A DNA stretch of 64,000 nucleotides from Rhodothermales bacterium (GTDB lineage Bacteria; Bacteroidota; Rhodothermia; Rhodothermales; VXPQ01): NCBI GenBank assembly GCA_022821845.1, contig JAJECT010000034.1, forward strand, positions 3,038 to 67,037, written 5' to 3'. The notes under the pieces were generated by a model, which saw only the letters and a list, made by a program, of their open reading frames with translations, was not told the DNA's origin and did no database searches. Position 1 is the first letter of the stretch. Each line of letters begins with the position of its first letter. This document shows, piece by piece, positions 29,540 through 37,344 of the stretch. The position numbers and the translations under genes were made by a program.

Positions 29540-31348
29540 ATGGAAGTCAAACTACGTAACCTCACTCACCTTTTCGTTCAACCGGGCCAGTACGAGATAC
29601 CGAGGTTCCAGCGCCCATACGTCTGGACCCGGGACAAACAGTGGATGCCGCTCTGGGAAGATGTTCAGCATATGGCGGAACGTATCCTCGCGGCACGACG
29701 CGACGGCTCCCCGCAACCTCAGCCCCATTTTATGGGTGCGGTGGTGCTGCAGCAGATTGCTAATGTAACCGGCTCGCTTCCGCGACGCATCGTAGTGGAC
29801 GGGCAACAACGCCTCACCACGCTCCAGCTTCTTCTCGACGCGGCGCAGGAAGTCTTTTTACGCAGGAATATCGCTGATCCTGCCGCCCGGCTTGAGGACT
29901 TGGTGTTGAACCAGCCGAAATACCAGCGTGGCAACGCGAACTACGCATTCAAGGTTTGGCCTACCGATTCAGACCAGGAGGCGTTTCGACATGCGATGGT
30001 CAATGGCTTGTCGGGAGGCGAATGGCCCAAATCGCGGATCGTACAGGCCCATGAATTCTTCAAGGATCAGGTAGACCAGTGGGTTGACGAAGAGGAGGGG
30101 CTGGATGCGGACGCGAACGAGCGAGCCGAGGCGCTGGAGGAAGTACTGTCGCAGCTATTGGAATTGGTTGTCATCGACTTGGGTGCATCGGATAACCCTC
30201 ATATCATTTTCGAGACCTTGAACGCTCGGGGCACGCCGCTTCGCCAGTCTGACTTGATGAAGAATATGATCCTGCACGAGGCAGAGAAAACCGGTATCGG
30301 CAAAAAAGTGACTTGGCCGTTCGAAGTTTCATGGTGGGATGAGGAAATTGAGCAGGGGCGACTCAGGCGCCCTCGCATCGACGTGTTCCTTAACTACTGG
30401 CTGGCGATGCGTATGCGCCGGGAAATTGTAGCTGCGGACGTGTTTTTGTCGTTCCAACGGTATTACGGAGGACAAGAACATGCCGCGATTAGCGACATTT
30501 TGGCTGATATCGCGAGCGTCAGTTTGGCCTATCGTCGCCTTGAAAAAGAGGAGCTGGACGGAGTGTGGGCGGCGTTTACTCCTCGCAGGAAAGTCATGCA
30601 AGCAGCCGTGGCGACCCCCGTTTTGTTGTGGTTGCTTTCGTCCCAAACGGAGCCGGACCAAGTATTCAGGGCCATCAAGGCACTGGAAAGCTATCTGGTG
30701 CGACGGATGGTGTGTCGTATGACCACCAAGAACTACAACAAGACGTTTATTGAACTCGTTCGGCGACTTGAACACGCTGGTCCGGCGACGGCAGGCGATA
30801 CAATCATTGAATTCCTCGGCGAACAGGAGGCGTACGCCACGCTTTGGCCCAACGACAATCTTGTGCTGGAAGCCATATCCAATAAGCCTTTGTACCGGCT
30901 ACTCTCGCGTAGACGAATGAGAATGGTCCTGGATGGGATTGAGGAGGCGCTCTGGACCACCAAATCCGAAGGCGGGCGGCGCCAAACTGCGTTGACGATC
31001 GAGCATATCATGCCGCGGAGCTGGCGGGGACACTGGCCAGAGCCAGAGCCGACGGACGGCCCCGAAGAACCAGATGAGAGGCGAAACCGACTGCTTGATT
31101 CGCTTGGCAATCTAACGCTCGTCACCCAGCCGTTGAATTCGTCGCTTTCTAACGGACCCTGGGCAGACAAGCGGAAGGGACTCCTGGGGCACAGTACGCT
31201 GTTTCTCAACAAGGACTTACTGGAGCATTTCCAGGATCATGTGTGGGACGAAGATGCGATCTACGCCAGGGCGGAGCGGCTGCATAGGGCATTTGTGAAG
31301 GCGTGGCCGCACGGCGCCGATATTGGCGCCGGATCCGCGACAGGTTAA
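29540..31348 (+). CDS. GmrSD-family type IV (modification-dependent) restriction endonuclease, DUF262 plus DUF1524
   Basis: N-terminal YEIPRFQRPYVW and VVDGQQRLTTL (ParB-like NTPase). C-terminal His-Me finger TIEHIMPRSW...LGNLTLVTQPLNSSLSN. The start is taken at ATG 29540; the ORF is open from 29480. Confidence 0.88.
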   Translation: MEVKLRNLTHLFVQPGQYEIPRFQRPYVWTRDKQWMPLWEDVQHMAERILAARRDGSPQPQPHFMGAVVLQQIANVTGSLPRRIVVDGQQRLTTLQLLLDAAQEVFLRRNIADPAARLEDLVLNQPKYQRGNANYAFKVWPTDSDQEAFRHAMVNGLSGGEWPKSRIVQAHEFFKDQVDQWVDEEEGLDADANERAEALEEVLSQLLELVVIDLGASDNPHIIFETLNARGTPLRQSDLMKNMILHEAEKTGIGKKVTWPFEVSWWDEEIEQGRLRRPRIDVFLNYWLAMRMRREIVAADVFLSFQRYYGGQEHAAISDILADIASVSLAYRRLEKEELDGVWAAFTPRRKVMQAAVATPVLLWLLSSQTEPDQVFRAIKALESYLVRRMVCRMTTKNYNKTFIELVRRLEHAGPATAGDTIIEFLGEQEAYATLWPNDNLVLEAISNKPLYRLLSRRRMRMVLDGIEEALWTTKSEGGRRQTALTIEHIMPRSWRGHWPEPEPTDGPEEPDERRNRLLDSLGNLTLVTQPLNSSLSNGPWADKRKGLLGHSTLFLNKDLLEHFQDHVWDEDAIYARAERLHRAFVKAWPHGADIGAGSATG

Positions 31349-31366
31349 ATCCGCCGCGTTTTTTTT
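31327..31366 (+). terminator. Rho-independent terminator after the GmrSD gene
   Basis: The stem cgccggat (31327-31334) pairs with atccg..gcg (31349-31358) with a CC bulge, and is followed by T8 (31359-31366). The stop codon lies in the loop. Confidence 0.5.
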
Positions 31367-31386
31367 GGAAACCCTTTGGCTTCTGC

Positions 31387-31416
31387 TTGACATTTCGATT
31401 CTAAATTTCGTATCAT
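31387..31416 (+). promoter_or_regulatory. Sigma70-type promoter, module copy B
   Basis: TTGACA (31387-31392), an 18-nt spacer, then TATCAT (31411-31416). Confidence 0.55.
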
Positions 31417-31424
31417 AGTGCCCA

Positions 31425-31740
31425 CCATCGGTTTTCAGTAAACATTCCATTCGGTACGGACCATGCCAGCCTCCTCCCCCGACAATCGGCCTATCATGCC
31501 GGAGGCGCTTGGACGTACCCGTAACCCGTTGGGGCACAAAGAAGAGCCCCCCCCCCTCGACTTTGTCCTGATCATTGGGCTCGCGGCGTAGCGCAAATTC
31601 TGTCGCTGACGCTTACGGGGTGTGTCAAAAGTAACACGGCGAATCGTGCGGTTCGCGGACGAAGCCGTTTGGTCCTGTTCTTCGCCGCAGCGCAAAGATT
31701 GGTACGCGATGTTTCTTGTCAATGCCCAATCCGAAACGCA
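31425..31740 (+). repeat. Conserved leader / candidate ncRNA module, copy B
   Basis: Indel-free alignment to 29161-29476. Confidence 0.9.
31463..31591 (+). CDS. Candidate 42-codon sORF inside module copy B
   Basis: Encodes MPASSPDNRPIMPEALGRTRNPLGHKEEPPPLDFVLIIGLAA, with the same start and stop register as copy A. Confidence 0.3.
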   Translation: MPASSPDNRPIMPEALGRTRNPLGHKEEPPPLDFVLIIGLAA

Positions 31741-32151
31741 ATAAAAATCCGAACCCTGTTTCTTGCGGCGGCCTTGATGCTGGCAGCCTGCGGACCTATG
31801 CAAGCGGAACGGCGGGAAGCGGACGCGCAAACGGATACCGTGTACTATTATAAACTTGCCCCGGTCCTTTCTCCTTGTCTTGATGCGTTCCGGCAAGCTT
31901 TGTATCCCGTAGCCGACTTATCCCTTTTCGTACCCCCTCCGGGGCATTCTGATCTTTTCCCGGCCTATTGGGCTTGCCGGACGCTTGACGAATGGACGGA
32001 AGCAAGCGAACGGTTTCCGGTGGTGTTGCAACTGGGCGGAGTAGACCCCGTTTGCTATGCGCTCAAAGTTTGCAACTGGGCGGCGGACGAACAAGAAGGC
32101 TACGCCGCCGCAATACAGGGTTCCCCGATATGCGAAGCGGTTGCGGTTTAG
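31699..32151 (+). CDS. Hypothetical lipoprotein
   Basis: Lipobox LMLAAC follows a K/R-containing n-region. It is Cys-rich with no recognised domain. The start is uncertain (TTG at 31699 or 31669) and overlaps the end of the module. Confidence 0.5.
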   Translation: MVRDVSCQCPIRNAIKIRTLFLAAALMLAACGPMQAERREADAQTDTVYYYKLAPVLSPCLDAFRQALYPVADLSLFVPPPGHSDLFPAYWACRTLDEWTEASERFPVVLQLGGVDPVCYALKVCNWAADEQEGYAAAIQGSPICEAVAV

Positions 32152-32207
32152 GCTACTTGTCGCTATTCCATTTTTTGTGCTCCATCCATTAACCCATCGG
32201 AAACGCT

Positions 32208-32669
32208 ATGTTTACGACAATCGTTATTATTTGCGTCATTTTCTGGCTTATCAAGAAAATGATCAATAGTTACGCGGATCACAACAGGAGAAAAGAGGGG
32301 GCATCAGGAACACCATTTGCGCGAGCATACTACGCACAGGCGCGGGCATTGTTTGCGGAAGGGGATTACGAATATCTTGAACGCGGTGTAACCACCAAGA
32401 AAGAAGATGCGGCGAGTGCTAAATACAATGCTGAGCGAGCGTGGAGTAAGGACAACGCTTCCTTTTTGCGGGAACAGACTCGCATGGCTCATTTACACGC
32501 CGCACGGGCGCAGGTAAACGCTTCGAACTGGCGGCATACGGAGAGAAAGAAAACCGACGTTCCGAAAGAACTGGCGAACAAGGCGGCGGTGGCGTGGGAA
32601 GAGGCGGCGGAAGCGTGGGAGGCGATTGCTGCGGATCACAAAACGAAGGAAAATGATGGAAATGCATGA
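32208..32669 (+). CDS. Hypothetical N-terminally anchored protein
   Basis: ATG start. TM helix FTTIVIICVIFWLI is followed by a helical, charged domain. Confidence 0.5.
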   Translation: MFTTIVIICVIFWLIKKMINSYADHNRRKEGASGTPFARAYYAQARALFAEGDYEYLERGVTTKKEDAASAKYNAERAWSKDNASFLREQTRMAHLHAARAQVNASNWRHTERKKTDVPKELANKAAVAWEEAAEAWEAIAADHKTKENDGNA

Positions 32670-33120
32670 ATCTTGGCCCTTGATTGTGGGCCTAGGGGCA
32701 GTAATGGGCATAAACCCCTTCGCCGCCGCGTTCGCTCTGGGGCTGGCTGGGGCAACGGGAACGGTTGATTTGCCGGGGGGTCTTGATGCGTTGCAAAAGA
32801 TCTGGGTAATCGTTCTTTCCGGCCTTCTGTATGGCGGGGAAGCGATTCTCGACAAGATTCCGGGCGTGGATACTGTATTTAACGCCATTGAAACCGTTGT
32901 TCGTGTGCCTGCGGCCAGCATGGCGGGCTATGCGGTAACGGGCGATCTGTTTGGAATCATGGCCGGGGGCATTTCGGGTACGACCCTTCACGGGTCAAAG
33001 ACACTTTTGCGTATCCCTATGACCGGTGCGCCGGGCCTTAACATACCCGTATCGTTTGGCGAAGACGCCGCCGTTTTTTATGCCCTGTGGTGGATGTGGC
33101 AACAGGGGTGGTTTGCATGA
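32653..33120 (+). CDS. DUF4126-like integral membrane protein
   Basis: Gly/Ala-rich helices LIVGLGAVMGINPFAAAFALGLAG and DKIPGVDTVFNAIETVVRVPAA fit DUF4126. It overlaps the upstream gene by 17 nt. Confidence 0.7.
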   Translation: MMEMHESWPLIVGLGAVMGINPFAAAFALGLAGATGTVDLPGGLDALQKIWVIVLSGLLYGGEAILDKIPGVDTVFNAIETVVRVPAASMAGYAVTGDLFGIMAGGISGTTLHGSKTLLRIPMTGAPGLNIPVSFGEDAAVFYALWWMWQQGWFA

Positions 33121-33228
33121 AAACGGCTTTCTCCTTCGGTTTTTGGCGGACGGGGAAAGCGGGATATCTTTGTGACGGGGCGAAAACCCGTTTCGCCTGA
33201 AACCTCACCAACAAAACCTCCGAATACA

Positions 33229-33456
33229 ATGGCACTTAAACCAGAAGATGCGAAATCCGATCAAATTTGTCTTTTTGTTGCGGGATGCACGGGCTGCAAA
33301 AAGCAGGACGTGGTAAAGAGTATAGGCGTTCAGTTTGGATCAATAGATACGCGTATAAACCTCGGCTGGATCGTCGATGCAAAAGACAATGTGCAAAAAC
33401 GCACCGAACTTTATGTTACGCATAAGTGGTTGCATCATGTGCGTGGCGGGCTGTAG
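33229..33456 (+). CDS. Small hypothetical protein with a CxxC motif
   Basis: 75 aa from MALKPEDAK, containing CLFVAGCTGC. No recognised family. Confidence 0.35.
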   Translation: MALKPEDAKSDQICLFVAGCTGCKKQDVVKSIGVQFGSIDTRINLGWIVDAKDNVQKRTELYVTHKWLHHVRGGL

Positions 33457-33705
33457 CATGCACTTCGAGAATTGCACACAATCCGGGCGGGCATACGCTC
33501 GTTTTTCCAGCGACCGACCTGCGTGAGGCCGGACAATTCCGTACCAGAGGGGGCAAGGTCCCCGGCCATGCCTATGCGGGCGGAATGCCCCGAAAATTCG
33601 CCATTGAAGTCAACGGTAGCACAGATAAGGAGGGGCACATCCACAATTCCCACGGGACGTTTTTCCCGTCCCCCGCCAAGACAACAGCATAATCAAGTTG
33701 TTTTT

Positions 33706-33733
33706 GTCAGATATTTCATATAATTTTTCTGAC
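33706..33733 (+). promoter_or_regulatory. Promoter with perfect -10 flanked by an inverted repeat (candidate autoregulatory operator)
   Basis: TATAAT at 33719-33724 is bracketed by GTCAGA (33706-33711) and TCTGAC (33728-33733). It lies 20 nt upstream of the DUF6088 start codon. Confidence 0.45.
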
Positions 33734-33753
33734 CAACCACGCAAAAAACCTTC

Positions 33754-34407
33754 ATGGCAACCACAGCAAGCGCCATACTGGAGCGAATCCGGCACCAGCG
33801 GGATCAGGTCTGGACGCCGAAAGATTTCCTGGACCTCGGCAAACGCGCTGCGGTTGACAAGGCCCTCTCTCGCCTTGTCGGCAGCGAAAAACTGCGGCGC
33901 ATAGGGCATGGACTGTACGACATGCCTCGATTCAATCCAATTCTGAAACGCTTCGCGCCGGTCAGCCTCAATGCTGCCATCGCCGCCATCGCCCGACGAG
34001 ACAACATACGCATCATGCCCGATGGCTCCGTGGCGGCGAACAGGCTTGGCCTGACCAACGCTGTCCCGGCCAAGCCGAATTATCTTACGGACGGCGGAAC
34101 GCGATCACTGATTGTCGATGGACGTATGATCTACCTGCGACACGCCGGACCCAAGGTAATGTACTGGACAGGCAACAAGCGAACCGGCCCGGTCGTTCAG
34201 GCAATTCGCTGGCTTGGCCCGCAAGCAGTCCAGGACGAGCAGGTCCTCTCCGCGCTAAAACGCCGCCTCCCCGATTCCGTGAAGCAGGATTTGGTGCGCA
34301 ACGCCCGCCATTTACCCGGATGGATCCTGTCTTTGGCGAATGAACTCGTGGACAATCCGCCCGATGCCCCCGCAACGCGATGCGAGAAGCATTCAGGAAA
34401 TTTATGA
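33754..34407 (+). CDS. DUF6088 / AbiEi-like antitoxin-family protein
   Basis: ILERIRHQRDQVWTPKDFLDLG...VDKALSRLVGSEKLRRIGHGLY is the wHTH N-terminus of AbiEi/DUF6088 proteins. No AbiEii nucleotidyltransferase follows. Confidence 0.8.
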   Translation: MATTASAILERIRHQRDQVWTPKDFLDLGKRAAVDKALSRLVGSEKLRRIGHGLYDMPRFNPILKRFAPVSLNAAIAAIARRDNIRIMPDGSVAANRLGLTNAVPAKPNYLTDGGTRSLIVDGRMIYLRHAGPKVMYWTGNKRTGPVVQAIRWLGPQAVQDEQVLSALKRRLPDSVKQDLVRNARHLPGWILSLANELVDNPPDAPATRCEKHSGNL

Positions 34408-34442
34408 ATTTGTACAGTAAGGACTAAACCGACGGCCTCTCT

Positions 34443-34706
34443 CTATTGTTTTTGTGCTCCTGCCAAGAAAGCAGCGTACTTGGTTTTGCCCTCAGTAAAG
34501 GAGGAGGGAATCCGTTCGCCATACTTGAGTTTGACCATCAGGAACCCCTTTACTGCATCTTTGGCGTTCTCGAACGCTTCCTCTTTTGTATCCCCAGGCA
34601 TATGCAGGCCGGGCAAATCAGGGCAGTATGCGTGAAACCCATCTTCGTCAGGTTCAATTATGATTGGAACCTCGAAAATGGTGTCGTTGGGGTGCATGGT
34701 ATTCAT
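34443..34706 (-). CDS. hicB: HicB-family antitoxin (UPF0150-type)
   Basis: FEVPIIIEPDEDGFHAYCPDLPGLHMPGDTKEEAFENAKDAVKGFL is the HicB N-terminal fold signature. The start is set at MNTMHP. Confidence 0.8.
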   Translation of the reverse strand: MNTMHPNDTIFEVPIIIEPDEDGFHAYCPDLPGLHMPGDTKEEAFENAKDAVKGFLMVKLKYGERIPSSFTEGKTKYAAFLAGAQKQ

Positions 34707-34783
34707 CTTTTTATTTCCGTTATTGCATTGTCGATAGCAGGGCTGCAATCGCTGCGTCCCCATCCTTATGCAGAAACATGGTC

Positions 34784-34812
34784 AGGATACCAAATATTTT
34801 GAGCGATAGCAA
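34784..34812 (-). promoter_or_regulatory. Candidate promoter for hicB
   Basis: On the minus strand TTGCTA (34812-34807), a 17-nt spacer, then TATCCT (34789-34784). Confidence 0.35.
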
Positions 34813-35042
34813 AAAAGGCGAAGCGCCTCGTTGCGCCGATCCAGAAACCCCTTCCTGTCTCCGCACCCGTCCCGGCTTCAATTCCCCCCTCCCTGTAACC
34901 AATCCCCAAACAAATCCGTATGTAATCAGACCCCCCGGCGGCAGCCCTCCCGCAAATCCGACCCCAAACCCCTCCAGGCGCCATCCGTCCTTTGCGAAAA
35001 AATATCAGGGAACGCTTTGTCCAGACAGGCTCTGTGCTTGGC

Positions 35043-35219
35043 ATGGCCGCCGCCTTGGCGCTCTATATTTTCCTTGCCTTTCTGGCCTGCGAAGGGTTGC
35101 GGACGGTCCTTTCTGAGCATTTTGGCGTAGATATGCCTTGGTATGCGTTCATTCTGGCGATGATCGTCGTTTTGCTACTCATCATGCCCGGAAAACGCCG
35201 CCGCCGAAGGGCGCCGTAA
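35043..35219 (+). CDS. Possible small two-helix membrane protein
   Basis: MAAALALYIFLAFLAC...WYAFILAMIVVLLLIM followed by KRRRRR. Support is weak (hydrophobicity pattern only). Confidence 0.3.
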   Translation: MAAALALYIFLAFLACEGLRTVLSEHFGVDMPWYAFILAMIVVLLLIMPGKRRRRRAP

Positions 35220-35265
35220 TCCGCCGCTGTCCTGCGCTGAAACGACCCTGGCAAACGTTCGGTTT

Positions 35266-35532
35266 TCAAGACGCCACTGGCGCTTTCCCCACCGGATACC
35301 CTGTAGCGAGGGATGGCCACCGCATGTCGTTCAGCCGTGATCGCAGTTGAGTGGCTTTCTTCGCTACGTCTGGATACTGCTCCCGATACGCCTTGGCGAC
35401 ATCGTCCAGTACATCCAGCAAAAAAACCAGTTCATCTTCTGCCGCCAATTCAATCTGTCCGACGGCAATCCGAGGATCTTTCCGAAATTCTCCCCGAAGC
35501 CATTCGAAGTGGTCTACGCCCATGTTGCTCAT
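35266..35532 (-). CDS. Antitoxin-like protein, copy 2 (paralog of 36914..37273)
   Basis: MSNMGVDHFEWLRGEFRKDP... is about 65% identical to copy 1, with a single-codon in-frame indel. The N-terminus resembles addiction-module antidote proteins that follow killer toxins. Confidence 0.55.
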   Translation of the reverse strand: MSNMGVDHFEWLRGEFRKDPRIAVGQIELAAEDELVFLLDVLDDVAKAYREQYPDVAKKATQLRSRLNDMRWPSLATGYPVGKAPVAS

Positions 35533-35603
35533 GGTCCTTATGGTTTGGTTATTCCGTGTCTTGATTTCCAGTCCTGGAGACGTTTTTTCGCTGTGGCGAC
35601 GTC
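35290..35603. repeat. Segmental duplication, lower copy (antitoxin gene plus the last ~63 nt of the toxin gene)
   Basis: Aligns to about 37028-37344 (offset 1738-1741) at roughly 80% identity. Confidence 0.8.
35538..35603 (-). pseudogene. 3' remnant of a RelE/ParE-type killer toxin gene
   Basis: Encodes DVATAKKRLQDWKSRHGITKP-stop, homologous to the C-terminus DIATAKKRLRDWKARHGKTRH of the intact toxin at 37270..37620. Homology ends 5 nt from the stop codon of the 433-aa gene. Confidence 0.6.
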
Positions 35604-35608
35604 GCCAG

Positions 35609-36910
35609 TCAACCCTGCAAGGCGGCAATACTTTCGATCAATTCCTGAAAGTCGGGGTCCTCGCGCAAGTTCGGGCCGGTCCGAACGGGGGTATTCGAAA
35701 GGGGGGGCCGTCGAAGAGGCGTTGCAAAGCGTAGCCATCCATTCCTGCGTTGTGGTTGATCCCCTGCGATCTGCGGTTGGCAGGGACGGTCCAGCCCGGC
35801 CGTTTTGATGCCTCGCTTGATTTCTTGCGCCCGCCAATGGTTCAACATGATGGCTTTCCCGAACCCACATTCCGGTCCAAGTTGCGCGGGCAGCACAGCC
35901 TCATAGGGACGAGGCGACCCGGCCTCGGCGACCAGGAGTTTGAGCGTTGACGCCAGGCGCTTCGCTGGATCCGGCCAGCAGATGAATTCCGGCCACCCCG
36001 TATCGGCCAGGGAAAAGTCTACGACAAGCAGCCGCAGATAATCCGGCGAGGGCGCGCCGCACGGGCGTTTCTGTAATTCGCCCAACAGTTTACGCCCCCA
36101 CTGGCTCCGGGCTGTGCTTTGGGGCGTTCCAAAGTGGTCGAAAAACATTCTGGCTTCGGCTGATCGCATGGATGTATGTTGCGTAACAATACGATACGCC
36201 GGATCGGGATGCAGGGTGTCGATCGTTACGCGCAAGCGGAGCGATGCCGTGGCGTCTTGAAACAAACGCTCCTCTCCCGCTTGCGCACGGGGAATCCATG
36301 CTGCGGCTTCTTCTCTCAACGCAGCAAGCCACGCGCGGACAAGATTTTCGCGCATAGCGTCGTCGAAGAATAAATCGTCGTCGTCCTCCTTCTCCTCATC
36401 CTGACGCAGGCTTTCGAGGCGGAGCGTTATTTCAAACCCCGTATCGACTTCAAGGTACTTGAATGTCATGCCCAGATAGCGCCCGACCAATTGGCAACCG
36501 AAAAAATCCGCAGGACAATAGACCTCGACGCGCATACGCGACGAACCGGCGGTCAGTTCGATGTCGCCGCGCCTGGTTTCCGGCGGGGCGGAAGCCGGTT
36601 GCGCATGCTCTGCTCCGAATACGCCCTGAAGATGCGCAAGCAAATTGAATTCCGACAGCGCTCGGTGGAATGGCAACAGGTCGGTTTGTTCGACTACGCG
36701 CTTGCCGATGCTCCCGGATGCGGTAAGATGGTCGTCTATAAAGGCCAGCAACGCCTCGATATGCTCGTACTGCGCGTTCCCAAGCAGGCGGACAATTTCC
36801 AGTTCGCTTCGACCGGATTCGGGCAGTTTGCCCCTTATTCGTTCCGCAATGCGCGGGAAACGCTCCAGGACGTTCTGGACTTCGCTGGTGATCGGATACC
36901 GAATGGCCAT
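35609..36910 (-). CDS. Hypothetical 433-aa protein, no recognised domain
   Basis: Long ORF with an ATG start 4 nt after the upstream antitoxin stop. It contains an acidic block QDEEKEDDDDLFFDD and a possible nuclease-like segment RGDIELT...RVEVYCP (speculative). Confidence 0.7.
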   Translation of the reverse strand: MAIRYPITSEVQNVLERFPRIAERIRGKLPESGRSELEIVRLLGNAQYEHIEALLAFIDDHLTASGSIGKRVVEQTDLLPFHRALSEFNLLAHLQGVFGAEHAQPASAPPETRRGDIELTAGSSRMRVEVYCPADFFGCQLVGRYLGMTFKYLEVDTGFEITLRLESLRQDEEKEDDDDLFFDDAMRENLVRAWLAALREEAAAWIPRAQAGEERLFQDATASLRLRVTIDTLHPDPAYRIVTQHTSMRSAEARMFFDHFGTPQSTARSQWGRKLLGELQKRPCGAPSPDYLRLLVVDFSLADTGWPEFICWPDPAKRLASTLKLLVAEAGSPRPYEAVLPAQLGPECGFGKAIMLNHWRAQEIKRGIKTAGLDRPCQPQIAGDQPQRRNGWLRFATPLRRPPLSNTPVRTGPNLREDPDFQELIESIAALQG

Positions 36911-36913
36911 GTC

Positions 36914-37273
36914 TCATCCTGTGGTTTCCACTGCCGTAGGTTGGGTTTGACTCCTGCGACGACGAGCGTGGCGCAGGCCCGTCGCGGCGGCTTGTTTGTC
37001 AAGGCCTTGTTCCGGTAACGTTTTCCGCACCGGATAGCCTATAGCGAGAGACGGCCACCGCATGTCGTTCAGCCGCGCCCGCAGCTGAATGGCTTTCTTC
37101 GCTACGTCTGGATACTCCTCCCGGTACGCCTCGGCGATATTGTCCAAGGCGCGCATAAGAATAACCAGCGCCTCTTCTTCCGCCGCCACGTTCAGATAAC
37201 CGGTGGCGAATTCCGGGTCTTTCCTTAATTCTCCCCGAAGCCATTCGTAGTGGTCTACGCCCAAGTTGCTCAT
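36914..37273 (-). CDS. Antitoxin-like protein, copy 1
   Basis: Its start overlaps the toxin stop (ATGA). Sequence begins MSNLGVDHYEWLRGELRKDPEFATGYLNVAAEEE. Confidence 0.6.
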   Translation of the reverse strand: MSNLGVDHYEWLRGELRKDPEFATGYLNVAAEEEALVILMRALDNIAEAYREEYPDVAKKAIQLRARLNDMRWPSLAIGYPVRKTLPEQGLDKQAAATGLRHARRRRSQTQPTAVETTG

Positions 37274-37344
37274 GATTTTGCGGTGTTATGTCTTGTTTTC
37301 CCGTGTCTCGCCTTCCAGTCCCGCAGTCGCTTTTTCGCTGTGGC
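37028..37344. repeat. Segmental duplication, upper copy
   Basis: Counterpart of 35290-35603. Confidence 0.8.

Noticed and set aside
29161-31740. Diversity-generating retroelement TR/VR pair, retron msr-msd, or integron attC sites as explanations for the duplicated module
   Set aside because: Mismatches are a mix of transitions and transversions, not adenine-specific. No reverse transcriptase or integron integrase is in the window. The repeat is about 320 bp with its own promoter, which is unlike 60-130-bp attC palindromes.
34764-35265. A HicA toxin gene upstream of hicB among ORFs 34766..35044, 34720..34902 and 34926..35120
   Set aside because: None of the translations shows the HicA pattern (a small dsRBD-like protein with a conserved GSH motif). 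All are Gly/Arg/Pro-rich shadow-type sequences.
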